Below are positions 1-10,151 of a stretch of 52,871 nt of DNA, one piece after another. Made by a program: the position numbers and the translations under genes. The DNA lies in NCBI GenBank assembly GCA_964578155.1, contig CAZOBQ010000002.1, forward strand, positions 1 to 52,871, written 5' to 3'. The notes beneath the pieces were generated by a model. That model was not told the origin of the DNA and ran no database searches. It was given only the letters and a program-made list of their open reading frames with translations. Origin of the DNA: an uncultured Lentisphaeria bacterium (GTDB lineage Bacteria; Fidelibacterota; UBA8477; JABMPR01). Numbering within the stretch: the first letter of the stretch is position 1; every line of letters begins with the position of its first letter.

Positions 1-1
1 C

Positions 2-604
2 AATGAAATAGGCCTACAGAAACGCTTAACGTCAAGATTCTTAGCCGGACTTCTGGTTGATATACACTCTCCGGATTTTGAAACCCGGATTGCCATATTA
101 AGGCAAAAGTCAGAGGAGAGTGGAATTGAGATCCCATACGATGTGATTGAGTATCTTGCCACCAATATTGAAAGTAATATTCGAGAGCTTCAGGGTGCCT
201 TGATACGTCTCCTGGCATATTCTTCATTAGCAAAGAGCGATATCAATCTTCAACTTGCCCACAGGGTTTTGATGGATTTGACAGGTAAAGTTGCCAAACC
301 AACCGTTAGCATGGAAGATATAATTGGCCAAACAAGCGACTCTTTCGGGGTGAAAAAAAACGATATTTACGGAAAAGGTCGAAAGCAAGAGGTCGCCTTG
401 GCCCGACAGACAGCTATGTTTCTTTCAAAAGAATTGACACACAGCTCTCTAAAGTCTATCGGCTTGTTCTTTGGCGGTAGAGATCACTCAACAGTGATAC
501 ACGCCTGCAAAACAGTTGTCGCCAAGATGAACGATGACGATATTTTTAATGCTGAAGTTAAAGCATTACTGCGTCGCTTATCTGGACCCGTATTAAAGTC
601 ATAA
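2..604 (+). CDS. dnaA: Chromosomal replication initiator DnaA, C-terminal part (5' end outside window)
   Basis: Frame 2 is open from nt 2 (NEIGLQKRLTSRFLAGLLVDIHSPDFETRIAILRQK...), the end of AAA+ domain III. Domain IV follows (KGRKQEVALARQTAMFLSKELT..SLKSIGLFFGGRDHSTVIHA). The ORF-track ATG at 143 is internal. Confidence 0.9.
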   Translation, partial: NEIGLQKRLTSRFLAGLLVDIHSPDFETRIAILRQKSEESGIEIPYDVIEYLATNIESNIRELQGALIRLLAYSSLAKSDINLQLAHRVLMDLTGKVAKPTVSMEDIIGQTSDSFGVKKNDIYGKGRKQEVALARQTAMFLSKELTHSSLKSIGLFFGGRDHSTVIHACKTVVAKMNDDDIFNAEVKALLRRLSGPVLKS

Positions 605-619
605 TTAAAGGAAATAAAG

Positions 620-1078
620 ATGCTAAAAGCAGGAGATAAGGCACCCGCCTTCACATTAAATGATCAAGATGGAAAGCAACATCAACTAGCTGACTATTCA
701 GGTAAAAAACTAGTGATCTATTTTTATCCTAAAGATCAAACACCGGGGTGCATTAAAGAGGCTTGTAGTTTTCGCGATAATATTTCAGAATACAAAAATA
801 ATGATATTGTGATTTTGGGTGTGAGTATTGACAACGAAAAGTCTCACCAGAATTTTATCACAAAACAAAACCTGAACTTTCCCCTACTGGCAGACGTTGA
901 AAAAGAGATGGTCAGCGCTTACGGTGTTTGGGGTGAAAAATCTATGTACGGTAGAAAATACATGGGTACGTTTAGAAAGACTTTCTTGATCAATGAGTCA
1001 GGTATAATAGATAAAATATATGATAAAGTAAAAGTAGCCACTCACGCTGAAGATGTATTAAGCGATTGGGGTGGTTAA
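620..1078 (+). CDS. bcp: Thiol peroxidase, Bcp/PrxQ-type peroxiredoxin
   Basis: KAPAFTLNDQDGK...KKLVIYFYPKDQTPGC motif, ~150 aa, AAGGAAA upstream of the ATG. Confidence 0.9.
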   Translation: MLKAGDKAPAFTLNDQDGKQHQLADYSGKKLVIYFYPKDQTPGCIKEACSFRDNISEYKNNDIVILGVSIDNEKSHQNFITKQNLNFPLLADVEKEMVSAYGVWGEKSMYGRKYMGTFRKTFLINESGIIDKIYDKVKVATHAEDVLSDWGG

Positions 1079-1087
1079 CAAGTCTCT

Positions 1088-2056
1088 ATGTCAATAGAAA
1101 TACATTTATATAAGGAAGACGATGCTGTTCTTTGGGATCAGTTTGTTTCTGAGGCTAATAACGGAACCATCTTTCACGAACGAAAATTTCTCGGTTATCA
1201 CCCAAGAGACCGGTTTGTAGACCACAGCCTTTTACTAAAGAACAAGGGTCGAGTTAAGGCACTTTTCCCTGCCGTTGAAAATCGAGCGGACAATATTAGA
1301 TCACTTGTTAGTCACCAGGGCTCTTCCTATGGAGGTCTTGTTGTCGAGAGAGAAATGGGGATAAAAGATAGTTATGATTACGTTGCTGCTCTAATAGCCC
1401 ACGCACAAGAGAGAGGCTTTGATAGAATTCAAATGACCTTACCTCCAGCAATTTATCAAACCAGAGTGAGTAACTATTTAGATTTTACCCTGATAAAGCA
1501 CGGGTTTGTTTACAAAAAAAGAGACGTTTCATCAATCTTGACCATAGAGAAAACACCAGAAGAAAACCTGTCTTTCTTTAAGCCATCACACAGGACGGCT
1601 GTACGTAAAGCAATCAAACAAGGCGTAACCGTTAATGAAAGTAACGACTGGAATAGCTTTTATCATATCCTTGATGAAAACCTATCCATTCGACACAATG
1701 TTAAACCGACCCATACGCTAGAAGAGATATTAAAACTAAAAGAGCTTTATCCAGATAAAATAAAACTGTTTGGCGCTTTTTGGCAGGATCAAATGGTTGC
1801 GGGTGTCGTGAATATTGCAGTTAACCAAGATGTTGTCCTGGCTTTCTATATTAGTCATAAAGAGGCATTTCAACACCTGCGAGCGGTAAACCTACTGTTT
1901 TATAATATCATTGAATGGTGTCAAGCTAATCAATTTAAATATCTAGACTTTGGAATCTTTACTGTAAATATGGAGCCGAATTTTGGGCTTGGTCGTTTCA
2001 AAGAAAACTTCGGGTCAAGCGGTGTCTTTAGGGATACGTTTGAGTTGATGTTTTAG
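1088..2056 (+). CDS. FemAB-like / GNAT-fold acetyltransferase family protein (Acetyltransf_6-like)
   Basis: 322 aa. C-terminal half (LFGAFWQDQMVAGVVNIAVNQDVVLAFYISH...YLDFG) looks like the FemAB/CelD-type acyltransferase fold. It sits at the head of the polysaccharide cluster. Family assignment is from memory only. Confidence 0.5.
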   Translation: MSIEIHLYKEDDAVLWDQFVSEANNGTIFHERKFLGYHPRDRFVDHSLLLKNKGRVKALFPAVENRADNIRSLVSHQGSSYGGLVVEREMGIKDSYDYVAALIAHAQERGFDRIQMTLPPAIYQTRVSNYLDFTLIKHGFVYKKRDVSSILTIEKTPEENLSFFKPSHRTAVRKAIKQGVTVNESNDWNSFYHILDENLSIRHNVKPTHTLEEILKLKELYPDKIKLFGAFWQDQMVAGVVNIAVNQDVVLAFYISHKEAFQHLRAVNLLFYNIIEWCQANQFKYLDFGIFTVNMEPNFGLGRFKENFGSSGVFRDTFELMF

Positions 2057-2112
2057 TTAGCCCGGAGGTAAAGCTGACTGTAAGGACATTCTCCCGCAAG
2101 CAGCACTATCTG

Positions 2113-3675
2113 GTGTTGTTCGCTTTGTTTTTAATTACGCTGATCCCGAGACTTCCGTTTCAGGGTCCATATCTCTATAACGGAGATCCTGTTGCCTACT
2201 TTAGTGGAGCCGAAAGCTTAATTGAAAACGGAAAATATCTCATTGAGGGGAATGCTCCCATATGGCCGATAGGAACAAGCTTAACACTCGTTCCGTTCAT
2301 CTTGATCGTTGAACTATTTGGGGCCCATCCAGAGTCCGCAGCCTTTTGGCACGGAGCTTTTTTTATCTTTATTGCAGTTGCCTTCACATATTTGCTTGGT
2401 AAGCGTGTATTTAACCCAGCAACCGGCATTATCGGTGCCGTCTTATTATCTTTAGCCGAAAGTCCTTTTATACACAGCATTAACTCTGCTTCAGATCCAG
2501 GCGCACTCGCTATGCTCCTTGGCGCAGTGTATTTAATGCTTTTATTTCTTGACACGCAAAGCCCAAGAGATTTATTTTTATCATTCTTCCTACTTGGAAT
2601 TGCCTTTCTGTTTCGCTGGAATTATGTTTTCTTTTTACCCTTGTTTTTGATCTACCTGGTTGGCGATCGTCGAATATGGGCCTTTCATCTTTATCCGTCA
2701 TTTTGGCTACTTGGTTTTTTTGGTTTCTTGCTGGGTATATCTGCACAATTATATATTAATTATCTTCATTTTGAAAACCCGTTAAAAATTGGTTACAGCC
2801 AGCTAGATTACAGCCAGCAGTTTATCTTCAACATAAATACTTACATAAAGAACATAATCCGGGTCGGGTATAGAATGTTATTTACCTGGGACTTCTTCTC
2901 GCCGTTATTGGCCATGTTTGGAGTCCTTGCGATTCATGGTTTATGGAAAGAGCGAAGAAGAGATGTTTTTTGGTTGTTCTTTCCGTGGGTAGTTCTTGGG
3001 ACCCTTTCTGTTATTTATTTTGGAGTGAAACCAAGACTCTTAATGCCAATTATGCCAGCGACTTTTCTCATTGGGGCAAACGGCATTGTTAGAACATTTC
3101 AGGCCTTTCAAGCAAAAGACAATGTTGATGGCGCTCCAAGGCGAACCCCCATTGTTTCGTTTGCAATTATCGCAACAATCCTCTTTTTTCCGATGTTTGT
3201 TAGAACGCTTTTGCACGCACACGGACACTTTCAGGACAAGGTCACAATGCAAAAATCTTTTCGTTGGGCTGGTGAACACATGAAAAAGGACACCGGCAGG
3301 ATTATTACACAGCCGTATTATGCCGGCCAAAATACGGACTGGCTGAGGGTTGGTTGGGATGTTTGGGCATCTAAACGTTATTCTGGAAAACAAATTAAAT
3401 CGTTGGCTTTTCCTGACACATGGTCTGATGACCTCCAAGACTGGCTTGTGGTAAATAAGTTTTGGTTAGAAGGCAGAAGCTTAAGGGTTGAGAACCTGGA
3501 ATTAATAGTAAGCCGGTTCGATTCTCTGTGTATCGCGAGAGACCTTGAATTGAAGGCTGAATTTATAGGAAAATCAGAACCGCTATTATTAAAGAAGTTA
3601 AACATATTGTCTTATTACCCAGTTGACTTCCAGGAGTATACATCGACGTTTGAGGTTTGGGGTCCAAAAAAATGA
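2113..3675 (+). CDS. Polytopic membrane protein, GT-C (ArnT/PMT-like) glycosyltransferase candidate
   Basis: GTG start. About 10 or more hydrophobic segments in the first ~370 aa, then a soluble C-terminal domain. Polysaccharide-cluster context. Confidence 0.5.
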   Translation: MLFALFLITLIPRLPFQGPYLYNGDPVAYFSGAESLIENGKYLIEGNAPIWPIGTSLTLVPFILIVELFGAHPESAAFWHGAFFIFIAVAFTYLLGKRVFNPATGIIGAVLLSLAESPFIHSINSASDPGALAMLLGAVYLMLLFLDTQSPRDLFLSFFLLGIAFLFRWNYVFFLPLFLIYLVGDRRIWAFHLYPSFWLLGFFGFLLGISAQLYINYLHFENPLKIGYSQLDYSQQFIFNINTYIKNIIRVGYRMLFTWDFFSPLLAMFGVLAIHGLWKERRRDVFWLFFPWVVLGTLSVIYFGVKPRLLMPIMPATFLIGANGIVRTFQAFQAKDNVDGAPRRTPIVSFAIIATILFFPMFVRTLLHAHGHFQDKVTMQKSFRWAGEHMKKDTGRIITQPYYAGQNTDWLRVGWDVWASKRYSGKQIKSLAFPDTWSDDLQDWLVVNKFWLEGRSLRVENLELIVSRFDSLCIARDLELKAEFIGKSEPLLLKKLNILSYYPVDFQEYTSTFEVWGPKK

Positions 3676-5129
3676 GCAAAACGAGCTCAAGCATAAAACA
3701 ACTTTCCAAACACACTCTTGTTTATGGAATTGGAAACATCCTTAATCGAGGGATGACGTTTTTATTACTTCCATTTTATACAAACCTGATTAGCACTGAA
3801 GAATATGGTGTATATAGCCTTGTTTATTCGTTTATTGCCCTAACAAATGTTTTCTTTATACACGGAATGGATACAGCGTTTATGCGTTTTTTTATTCCCG
3901 AAAAGGATGAAACAAAAAAACGGCAAATACTAAACACAGTTTATACAAGCCTGCTGAGCTCTACAGTTTTATTTGTTCTGGGAATATACTTAGTTCTACC
4001 GCTGTTTTCACTGCCAGTTCTCAGTATTCCTCCAAACTCAACAATGCTATTATATTTAGCCATAATAATTCTTTTTGACGCCCTTTCCTTTTTGCCAATT
4101 GCTTATTACCGGGCTGTAAACAAACCCTTTAATTTTGTAATTATTGTTTTTGCTGAGGTGGTGGTGAACCTATCTCTTAATATTTATTTTGTCGCATTTA
4201 AAAATATGGGTTTATCAGGTATTTTACTTTCTAACGCTATTAGCTCATCAATAAAATTCCTGTTTAGTTCTCCGGTTTTATTGCGCCAGTTTCGGTTTAA
4301 CTGGGACATAAAAATCTGGAAAGACATTCTTAAGTACGGCCTGCCCACTGTCCCCGCAGTCTTCTTTTTAATTCTTATTAGTGTTAGCGATCGATTCTTG
4401 TTGAAGCATTTTCTTGGAGCTGGGGAGGTTGGATTATATGCATCAGGCTATAAGATAGGGGTGGTGATGGCTTTATTGATCACTGCGTTTCGTTTTGCCT
4501 GGCAACCCTTTTATCTTTCAAAGAGCGAGGATCCAGAAGCACCAAAGATCTTCGCACAAATATTCACACTTTTTGTTGCGGTAACCGGCTTTATTTTTCT
4601 TGGGGTTTCACTGGTTCTTATTGAACTGCTCAAGCTACCGTTTGGTGATTATTATATAATTGCTGCTGAATTTCAATCCGGCCTCCAGGTTGTTCCATTA
4701 ATCCTTTTGGGAAACATGCTTTTTGGGTTATCACAAAACTTTATCGTTGGCGCCTACATCAAAAAGAAAACCAAATATATACCACTGTTTACCGGTATCG
4801 GATTTCTTGTAAATATTAGTACGAACATTTTACTATTGTCGGTTTTTGAGTTTGGGTTTATGGCTGCAGGCTATGCTCTGGTTCTCACGTATTTTATACA
4901 GGGGCTAGTTATCTATTTTGCTGTCCGTCGTTTCTATCCTGTTCCATACAACTTCAATAAAATGTTCAAGACCTTTTCACTTGTAGCGATTCTCTATTTT
5001 ATCCCAGGGTTTCTGGAGAATAACTCGTTGATGCTGAATATGGTCTTGGTTTTAATTTACTTTCCACTATTAAACGCGGTGGGTGTGTTGTCGTTAAAGA
5101 AAATTGGTCGAGAATTGTTCAAGCGATAG
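3672..5129 (+). CDS. Wzx-type oligosaccharide/polysaccharide flippase (MOP superfamily)
   Basis: ~485 aa, ~12-14 TM segments, N-terminus LSKHTLVYGIGNILNRGMTFLLLPFYTN typical of polysaccharide biosynthesis flippases. The ATG at 3672 forms an ATGA overlap with the upstream stop, so it is preferred over the TTG at 3657. Confidence 0.75.
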   Translation: MSKTSSSIKQLSKHTLVYGIGNILNRGMTFLLLPFYTNLISTEEYGVYSLVYSFIALTNVFFIHGMDTAFMRFFIPEKDETKKRQILNTVYTSLLSSTVLFVLGIYLVLPLFSLPVLSIPPNSTMLLYLAIIILFDALSFLPIAYYRAVNKPFNFVIIVFAEVVVNLSLNIYFVAFKNMGLSGILLSNAISSSIKFLFSSPVLLRQFRFNWDIKIWKDILKYGLPTVPAVFFLILISVSDRFLLKHFLGAGEVGLYASGYKIGVVMALLITAFRFAWQPFYLSKSEDPEAPKIFAQIFTLFVAVTGFIFLGVSLVLIELLKLPFGDYYIIAAEFQSGLQVVPLILLGNMLFGLSQNFIVGAYIKKKTKYIPLFTGIGFLVNISTNILLLSVFEFGFMAAGYALVLTYFIQGLVIYFAVRRFYPVPYNFNKMFKTFSLVAILYFIPGFLENNSLMLNMVLVLIYFPLLNAVGVLSLKKIGRELFKR

Positions 5130-5201
5130 ACAGTCACGCCAATAAACTAAAAGTTATGCCACAGATCATTATTTTAAACAAATAGAGTAAAGAGAGAAGC
5201 G

Positions 5202-5774
5202 TTATTTTGTTTGTTTTACTATACCAGCGGGATTACCAGCGACAATAACATTTGCGGGAATATCTTTTGTGACAACAGAGCCTGCGCCAACAGTGGTGTC
5301 TTTTCCAATTGATACGCCAGGTAGAATAATACAGTGGGCTCCCACGCGGACATTTTTATCAATAAACACATCTCCTGCTTTACCAGAATGAGCATCCTTT
5401 GTGTTGCTCATTGATTTTGAAAAATGGTCTGAGGTCACGAACACATCAGGGCCAATCATAACCCCGTCTGAAAGTATAATTTTCGAAGCAGGACCCGCAT
5501 AGAGACGAACATTATGGTTTACAAGGCACCCTTTTCCAACATGGATATTCTCAGGAAAAGCGAGTGATGCAGTTGGTGATATGGTAGAACCATCGCCAAG
5601 AGCAGCAAGCTTCGGGATAGCAAGCACATTATTGTGAATAAAAAAACGAAAATGCTTAATGGTTTGACGCCAAAAAACAGGAGAAAAAAGGACTCGAATA
5701 ATTAAACCTAAAACTCTAAACAAGAAGAACTCCTTTGTAGGCAAGAAAGATAGCCCGGGGAGAAAAAGACTCAA
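5202..5774 (-). CDS. Hexapeptide-repeat (left-handed beta-helix) O-acetyltransferase
   Basis: IHVGKGCLVNHNVRLYAG...VFIDKNVRVGAHCIILPGVSIGKDTTVGAGSVVTKDIPANVIVAGNPA is a classic LbH acetyltransferase C-terminus (WcaF/Maa-like). Confidence 0.8.
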   Translation of the reverse strand: MSLFLPGLSFLPTKEFFLFRVLGLIIRVLFSPVFWRQTIKHFRFFIHNNVLAIPKLAALGDGSTISPTASLAFPENIHVGKGCLVNHNVRLYAGPASKIILSDGVMIGPDVFVTSDHFSKSMSNTKDAHSGKAGDVFIDKNVRVGAHCIILPGVSIGKDTTVGAGSVVTKDIPANVIVAGNPAGIVKQTK

Positions 5775-5783
5775 GCAAATAGA

Positions 5784-7007
5784 TCAAAGCGGGTACTCAA
5801 GAGGCACCCAGGGAACACTCACGGAGACACGTCCATTTATGTCTGGGGGGTTTATATGCAAAGAGAGGGGTTTGTTGTCAATATACAGGGATATCTTGTT
5901 TGGGTGGTCACAGTAAAGACACAAGCCCTGCAAGTCCTCGGGTAGAAGACGATAGTCATCGCTTCGATATAAATGAAGAGACGTTAAGCCAGCGTGAAAT
6001 TCGGTTGTCCAGGCGAGGTTTTGGGTCATGTCTGCATAGGTAAGCAATCGAGAGCTGGTTGTAACCAAAAGCCGCTTATCCAGCGAAGACTTTTTTAATA
6101 ACTGCAAACCCTTTTCTGCCGCTAAGGGAAGGGGTTTAGCTTTAGGAAGATTCTCATTCATGTGGGTATATAAGACCATATAACCCTCGCGTCTTATTAG
6201 CGCGGATAGATTTGACTTGGTGAGTTGCCTGCCAAGATCAAGAAAATCAGTGTTTTTAACCTCGCCAAAGCGTGAAATAAATCGCTGAAACTCTATAAAA
6301 TGATTATTGTCCTCAAGCCGTGTACGCATGAGCAATTTGTTCGCGTTGTCTGGCATGGGTCGGTCAACGTTTCGATATTTAGTTCTTACAAAGAGGTTCT
6401 GGATTCCCCTTTCCAGGTTTCCACCAAACTGGGGGGTAGTGGATTGTCCGCGAACATGGCTAGTACGACCAGCCCAAAAAAAGCGTGTTCCGTGTTTCTT
6501 GAGCAGATCGAAATGGTAAGCCGTTTGATTTGGCTTTGCCCCATGGAATGCTTGGTAATTACCAATTTTCTGATGGTTTTGATCATTTCCGTGATTTATC
6601 CAAACAGGGATCGTCACTCCATGTTTTTCAAGCTCTTCAAGAGCTCTTTCTGCGAAGGCCCGTTGAAATCCACCAGCATTGAAGTTTCCATAACTATGTA
6701 AGGTATCAATATGTCCAGAAGCCCACAGGTGTCGACAGGCGTGAGAAAATTGACTTTTTTGGTTAGAGGTTCCGCTAAAATAGCTTAACTGTTTATCCTC
6801 TTCAGCGTTAAAAAACCAAAAACTATTTGATATCTCCAGATCAAGACCGCGACCATAAACGGTGTTCTTAGTAGTGTTTAGATACTGCATAAACTCAAGA
6901 TATGCTGTCAGGGATACTGAGTGGTCAACATCACTTCCGATTGCGAACATCGCTCGATATGGGTATGGAAACTTTCTTCTTGAAACTGATTGGTGTTGGT
7001 TCGTCAT
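5784..7007 (-). CDS. Hypothetical protein (407 aa), function unknown
   Basis: Long intact ORF, 9 nt upstream of the acetyltransferase on the same strand. No motif I can name with confidence; His/Asp-rich N-terminal half (GSDVDHS, HIDTLHSYGN, WINHGND). Confidence 0.6.
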   Translation of the reverse strand: MTNQHQSVSRRKFPYPYRAMFAIGSDVDHSVSLTAYLEFMQYLNTTKNTVYGRGLDLEISNSFWFFNAEEDKQLSYFSGTSNQKSQFSHACRHLWASGHIDTLHSYGNFNAGGFQRAFAERALEELEKHGVTIPVWINHGNDQNHQKIGNYQAFHGAKPNQTAYHFDLLKKHGTRFFWAGRTSHVRGQSTTPQFGGNLERGIQNLFVRTKYRNVDRPMPDNANKLLMRTRLEDNNHFIEFQRFISRFGEVKNTDFLDLGRQLTKSNLSALIRREGYMVLYTHMNENLPKAKPLPLAAEKGLQLLKKSSLDKRLLVTTSSRLLTYADMTQNLAWTTEFHAGLTSLHLYRSDDYRLLPEDLQGLCLYCDHPNKISLYIDNKPLSLHINPPDINGRVSVSVPWVPLEYPL

Positions 7008-7190
7008 ATTGACAGCTAATCTAGATGGAATAAATTAACTGTAAAGACGGATTTTTGCTAAAACCCAAAAGGATTCGGGGCACATTATGCTTCATCCAGT
7101 AAGGATTAGCATTATTTTCCCACAAAGATTTCTCGAGGCTAACTAAAGAAAGACAAGATTAAGGGTAATAAATAGTACGTTATAGCATTG

Positions 7191-8078
7191 ATGAAGACGA
7201 AGCCAAAAATATCAATAATACTTCCCGCATTTAACAGCCAGCAGAACCTGGACAGAATTTTGTGTGAGCTTTTAGAAAACCAGGTAGATGACACCTGGGA
7301 ATTGATCGTTGTTGATGATGGGTCGAATGTACCGCTTTCTTTCGGAAAGCACAAGAATCCAGACTGGAAGATTATTAGGGAAGAGAAAAATGTTGGAGCT
7401 GCAAGAGCCAGAAATATTGGAGCTAATGAAGCAGCGGGAGAGCACCTTGTTTTTATCTCTCTCTTTTTAGTTATTCCAGAACACTATATTCTTGATATGA
7501 TAAGTTTTATTTCGAGTAAAGACTTTGACTTTGCACAACACCTCTTATTTGCCGATGCCAATGCGAGCTTGACCAACTTTCAGAGATTTGTTACGGACCA
7601 AAAAGGAAGAGTAAAGATATCTACAGAAAACCTGGATATTAAAAATTGTCAGTTTGCTGCAGCGATGATAAAAAAAGATGTATTTAATCAGCTAGGTGGG
7701 TTTGATGAGGTAATGCAGCATTATGGTGGACACGAATTAGATTTGATCTACCGCATGGATCAACGGGGACTTAAGCGACGGATTATAATCGAGGACATTC
7801 CCTTGAAACGTATAAAAAATGAAGACCATAACTCTATAAAAAGACGCCTGTCAGAGTATGGAAAAATTGGTCTTCCAAGGCTTTTAAAGAAACACCCGGA
7901 ACTTGGCGGGCTTATCCTTGGCTGGCGTAAGACCTGGTGGCTGTTATCGTTTATCGGGGTAACACGACTAATAGAACATCGGATACAAAAACAAATCGAA
8001 AAAGATGTTGTGCTCAAGAAACAAACATACAGACTTTATTTACACCTTATTGTTAGGAATGCATGGGACGCCCGTTAA
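7191..8078 (+). CDS. Family 2 glycosyltransferase
   Basis: ISIILPAFNSQQNLDRIL...WELIVVDDGSN and a later DE motif, the canonical GT2 N-terminal signature. Confidence 0.85.
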   Translation: MKTKPKISIILPAFNSQQNLDRILCELLENQVDDTWELIVVDDGSNVPLSFGKHKNPDWKIIREEKNVGAARARNIGANEAAGEHLVFISLFLVIPEHYILDMISFISSKDFDFAQHLLFADANASLTNFQRFVTDQKGRVKISTENLDIKNCQFAAAMIKKDVFNQLGGFDEVMQHYGGHELDLIYRMDQRGLKRRIIIEDIPLKRIKNEDHNSIKRRLSEYGKIGLPRLLKKHPELGGLILGWRKTWWLLSFIGVTRLIEHRIQKQIEKDVVLKKQTYRLYLHLIVRNAWDAR

Positions 8079-9172
8079 AGATATTATACCTTAGAACAGA
8101 GAACTCGTCTGGGACGCTCTCTTTGTTTACGGAGGCGCACCGGAAGCTTGGGAATGAAGCTCACTTTGTCACGTTATTTCCTACTGCCGAAGGCTTTCCA
8201 GAGGATATTTGTCTTGATCTTCCCCTATTACCCAAGAACAAAATGTTTATAAATACAAAGGAAAAGATCCTGAACCAAAGCAATCTGTATACCGAAGCAA
8301 AAGGTTTCCCCCCTCAGTGGGAGCCTCCATTCGGCCGTCTGATGTTTTTCAAATTAAGGGATCAGCTTTGGAAGCCATATTTAAAACGGGCATTTAAAAA
8401 ACACAAGCTTTTAGACTATGACATCTATCATTTAGAGGGTGGCCATGGGTTTTTAAGAACGTCCGCCTGGCCCATAATGGAACTGAAAAGCCAGGGGAAA
8501 CATATCGTAGCAAACTATCATGGTGTTGACATGAGAACACGCGGTGTCTTCCCGTGGATTGACAAGCTTGTCGACATAAACACTACCAGCGAGCTAGACC
8601 TACTAGAGAAACATAAAAACATTAAATATATTTTTCTGCCATACCAGGTTGAAAGTCATAAACCAAATTTCGAGATCAATCCTACATTGAAAATATGTCA
8701 CGCAACCCGAGACAGGTACTGGAAGGGATCAGACATAATTATCAACGCTTGTCAACAACTAGTAAAGTCGCACGGAATAGAGTTTGTTTTAATTGAAAAC
8801 CAGCCTCACGATAAAACATTAAAGCTTAAATCTGAATGTGACATATACATAGATCAAGTTGCCAACCTAGGAGGGTGGGGCTATGGAATGAATTCTGTAG
8901 AAGCCTTATCTATGGGCTTGTGTTGTGCTACAAATCTATTGCCGCAATACGAATCATTTTTGGGACAACACCCATTTGTGAACATTAACAAAGAGACCAT
9001 CTATGATGACCTGGTAAAACTAGTTGAGGATAAAAACGCAATCAAAGAAAAACGAGTCGCCGGTAGGGAGTGGGTCCAGAAAACCCATGGTGTTGATGCT
9101 GTGATTAAGTCGACGTATGAGCTTTATCTTAAACAAGGTTGGATTCAGGAATTACCCAATGAACTTACCTAG
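8063..9172 (+). CDS. GT-B fold glycosyltransferase (GT4/GT1-like)
   Basis: C-terminal GWGYGMNSVEALSMGLCCATN resembles the EX7E region of retaining GT4 enzymes. 16-nt overlap with the upstream GT2 gene. Confidence 0.55.
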   Translation: MGRPLKILYLRTENSSGTLSLFTEAHRKLGNEAHFVTLFPTAEGFPEDICLDLPLLPKNKMFINTKEKILNQSNLYTEAKGFPPQWEPPFGRLMFFKLRDQLWKPYLKRAFKKHKLLDYDIYHLEGGHGFLRTSAWPIMELKSQGKHIVANYHGVDMRTRGVFPWIDKLVDINTTSELDLLEKHKNIKYIFLPYQVESHKPNFEINPTLKICHATRDRYWKGSDIIINACQQLVKSHGIEFVLIENQPHDKTLKLKSECDIYIDQVANLGGWGYGMNSVEALSMGLCCATNLLPQYESFLGQHPFVNINKETIYDDLVKLVEDKNAIKEKRVAGREWVQKTHGVDAVIKSTYELYLKQGWIQELPNELT

Positions 9173-10139
9173 CATAAGCATTATCATTTATGGCAATGCC
9201 GACCCTGGTGGTTGCGTTCGGTTGCTGACGAGTTGTGAACACTTAAAGTCAAAAGAAATTGATTTTGAAGTGACTCTCGTTCTACAAGGATTGAACCAGA
9301 AGGTCGAAGAGCTATTGAAAAGCTACCGATTTTCCTTTGAATTAAAACTTCTCTCTGCGACAGAGCGGATGACTCGAGCTGACAGTAGAAAGCTGGCGGT
9401 TAACAAAGCGAAGCACGATATTGTTCTCTTCTTAGATAATGACATGGAGGTGTCGCCAGACCTGCTTGTTTATCACCTAGGGCAATACAGTATGACAAAC
9501 ACAGTTGGGGTTATGGGTGAAACCTTTTTGCCAGAGTTTGTTAAAAAGAGTCGTTGGTATCGTTTTCTCGACAGTGATTATCGCAATACTCGGCGGTGGG
9601 CAGGCAGCGAAAACAAAACGAAGTCACCACCGCTACGATATGTAAGAACGGGCAATTTTTCAATTCGTAAAGAGGTTTATTTGACGTGTTCTTCTGGGTT
9701 TGGCTTTATTAACAACCATGAAGCTGAAGATATTGATTTAGCCTATCGCATTGGTGCGCTTGATGACGGGGTGATACGGTACCAGCCAGAAGCCATTGCT
9801 TATTGCCAACACCCAGACCTAAGAACTTCCCTGAGAGCTAAATACGAATTTGGAAAAGAAGGCATCCCAAAACTTTTGGAGAGATACCCGCAGCTGTATA
9901 CCCGCCTACCAAGCCGTTTTGTACGAATTGAAGGCTTTCCGGTGATCGCACCCCTTATGAAATTATTTATGAACATTCTTTTCACGCCCCCAATATTTTT
10001 TATTGCTCGCGGGGTGAGATTGTTGGGTCCTGAATATGTTTCCTTCAGGATGATGCGATATATGCTGCAATACGAAAGTATTCGGGGGTTAAAACAAGCC
10101 CTCAAAACGAAGACGATACTAAACAAGAACAAACAGTAG
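9159..10139 (+). CDS. Family 2 glycosyltransferase
   Basis: MNLPSISIIIYGN...DIVLFLDNDMEV is a GT2 signature. The ATG at 9159 is preferred over the track start at 9117. Confidence 0.8.
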   Translation: MNLPSISIIIYGNADPGGCVRLLTSCEHLKSKEIDFEVTLVLQGLNQKVEELLKSYRFSFELKLLSATERMTRADSRKLAVNKAKHDIVLFLDNDMEVSPDLLVYHLGQYSMTNTVGVMGETFLPEFVKKSRWYRFLDSDYRNTRRWAGSENKTKSPPLRYVRTGNFSIRKEVYLTCSSGFGFINNHEAEDIDLAYRIGALDDGVIRYQPEAIAYCQHPDLRTSLRAKYEFGKEGIPKLLERYPQLYTRLPSRFVRIEGFPVIAPLMKLFMNILFTPPIFFIARGVRLLGPEYVSFRMMRYMLQYESIRGLKQALKTKTILNKNKQ

Positions 10140-10151
10140 TGTGAGGTGGTT

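Noticed and set aside
604-620. Looked for oriC features next to dnaA.
   Set aside because: Only 15 nt separate dnaA from bcp, and no DnaA-box cluster is visible downstream. Any origin would lie upstream of the window.
2196-3605. Several 75-132-aa ORFs in both orientations inside the GT-C membrane protein gene (2196-2555, 2510-2746, 3040-3438, 3071-3283, 3378-3605).
   Set aside because: They are nested within a long, coherent multi-TM ORF. Their compositions are typical of off-frame translation.
6300-6701. Plus-strand ORFs (133 aa and 70 aa) and a 66-aa minus-strand off-frame ORF (6386-6586) inside the 407-aa gene.
   Set aside because: They are fully nested within the longer ORF. No start context and no motifs.
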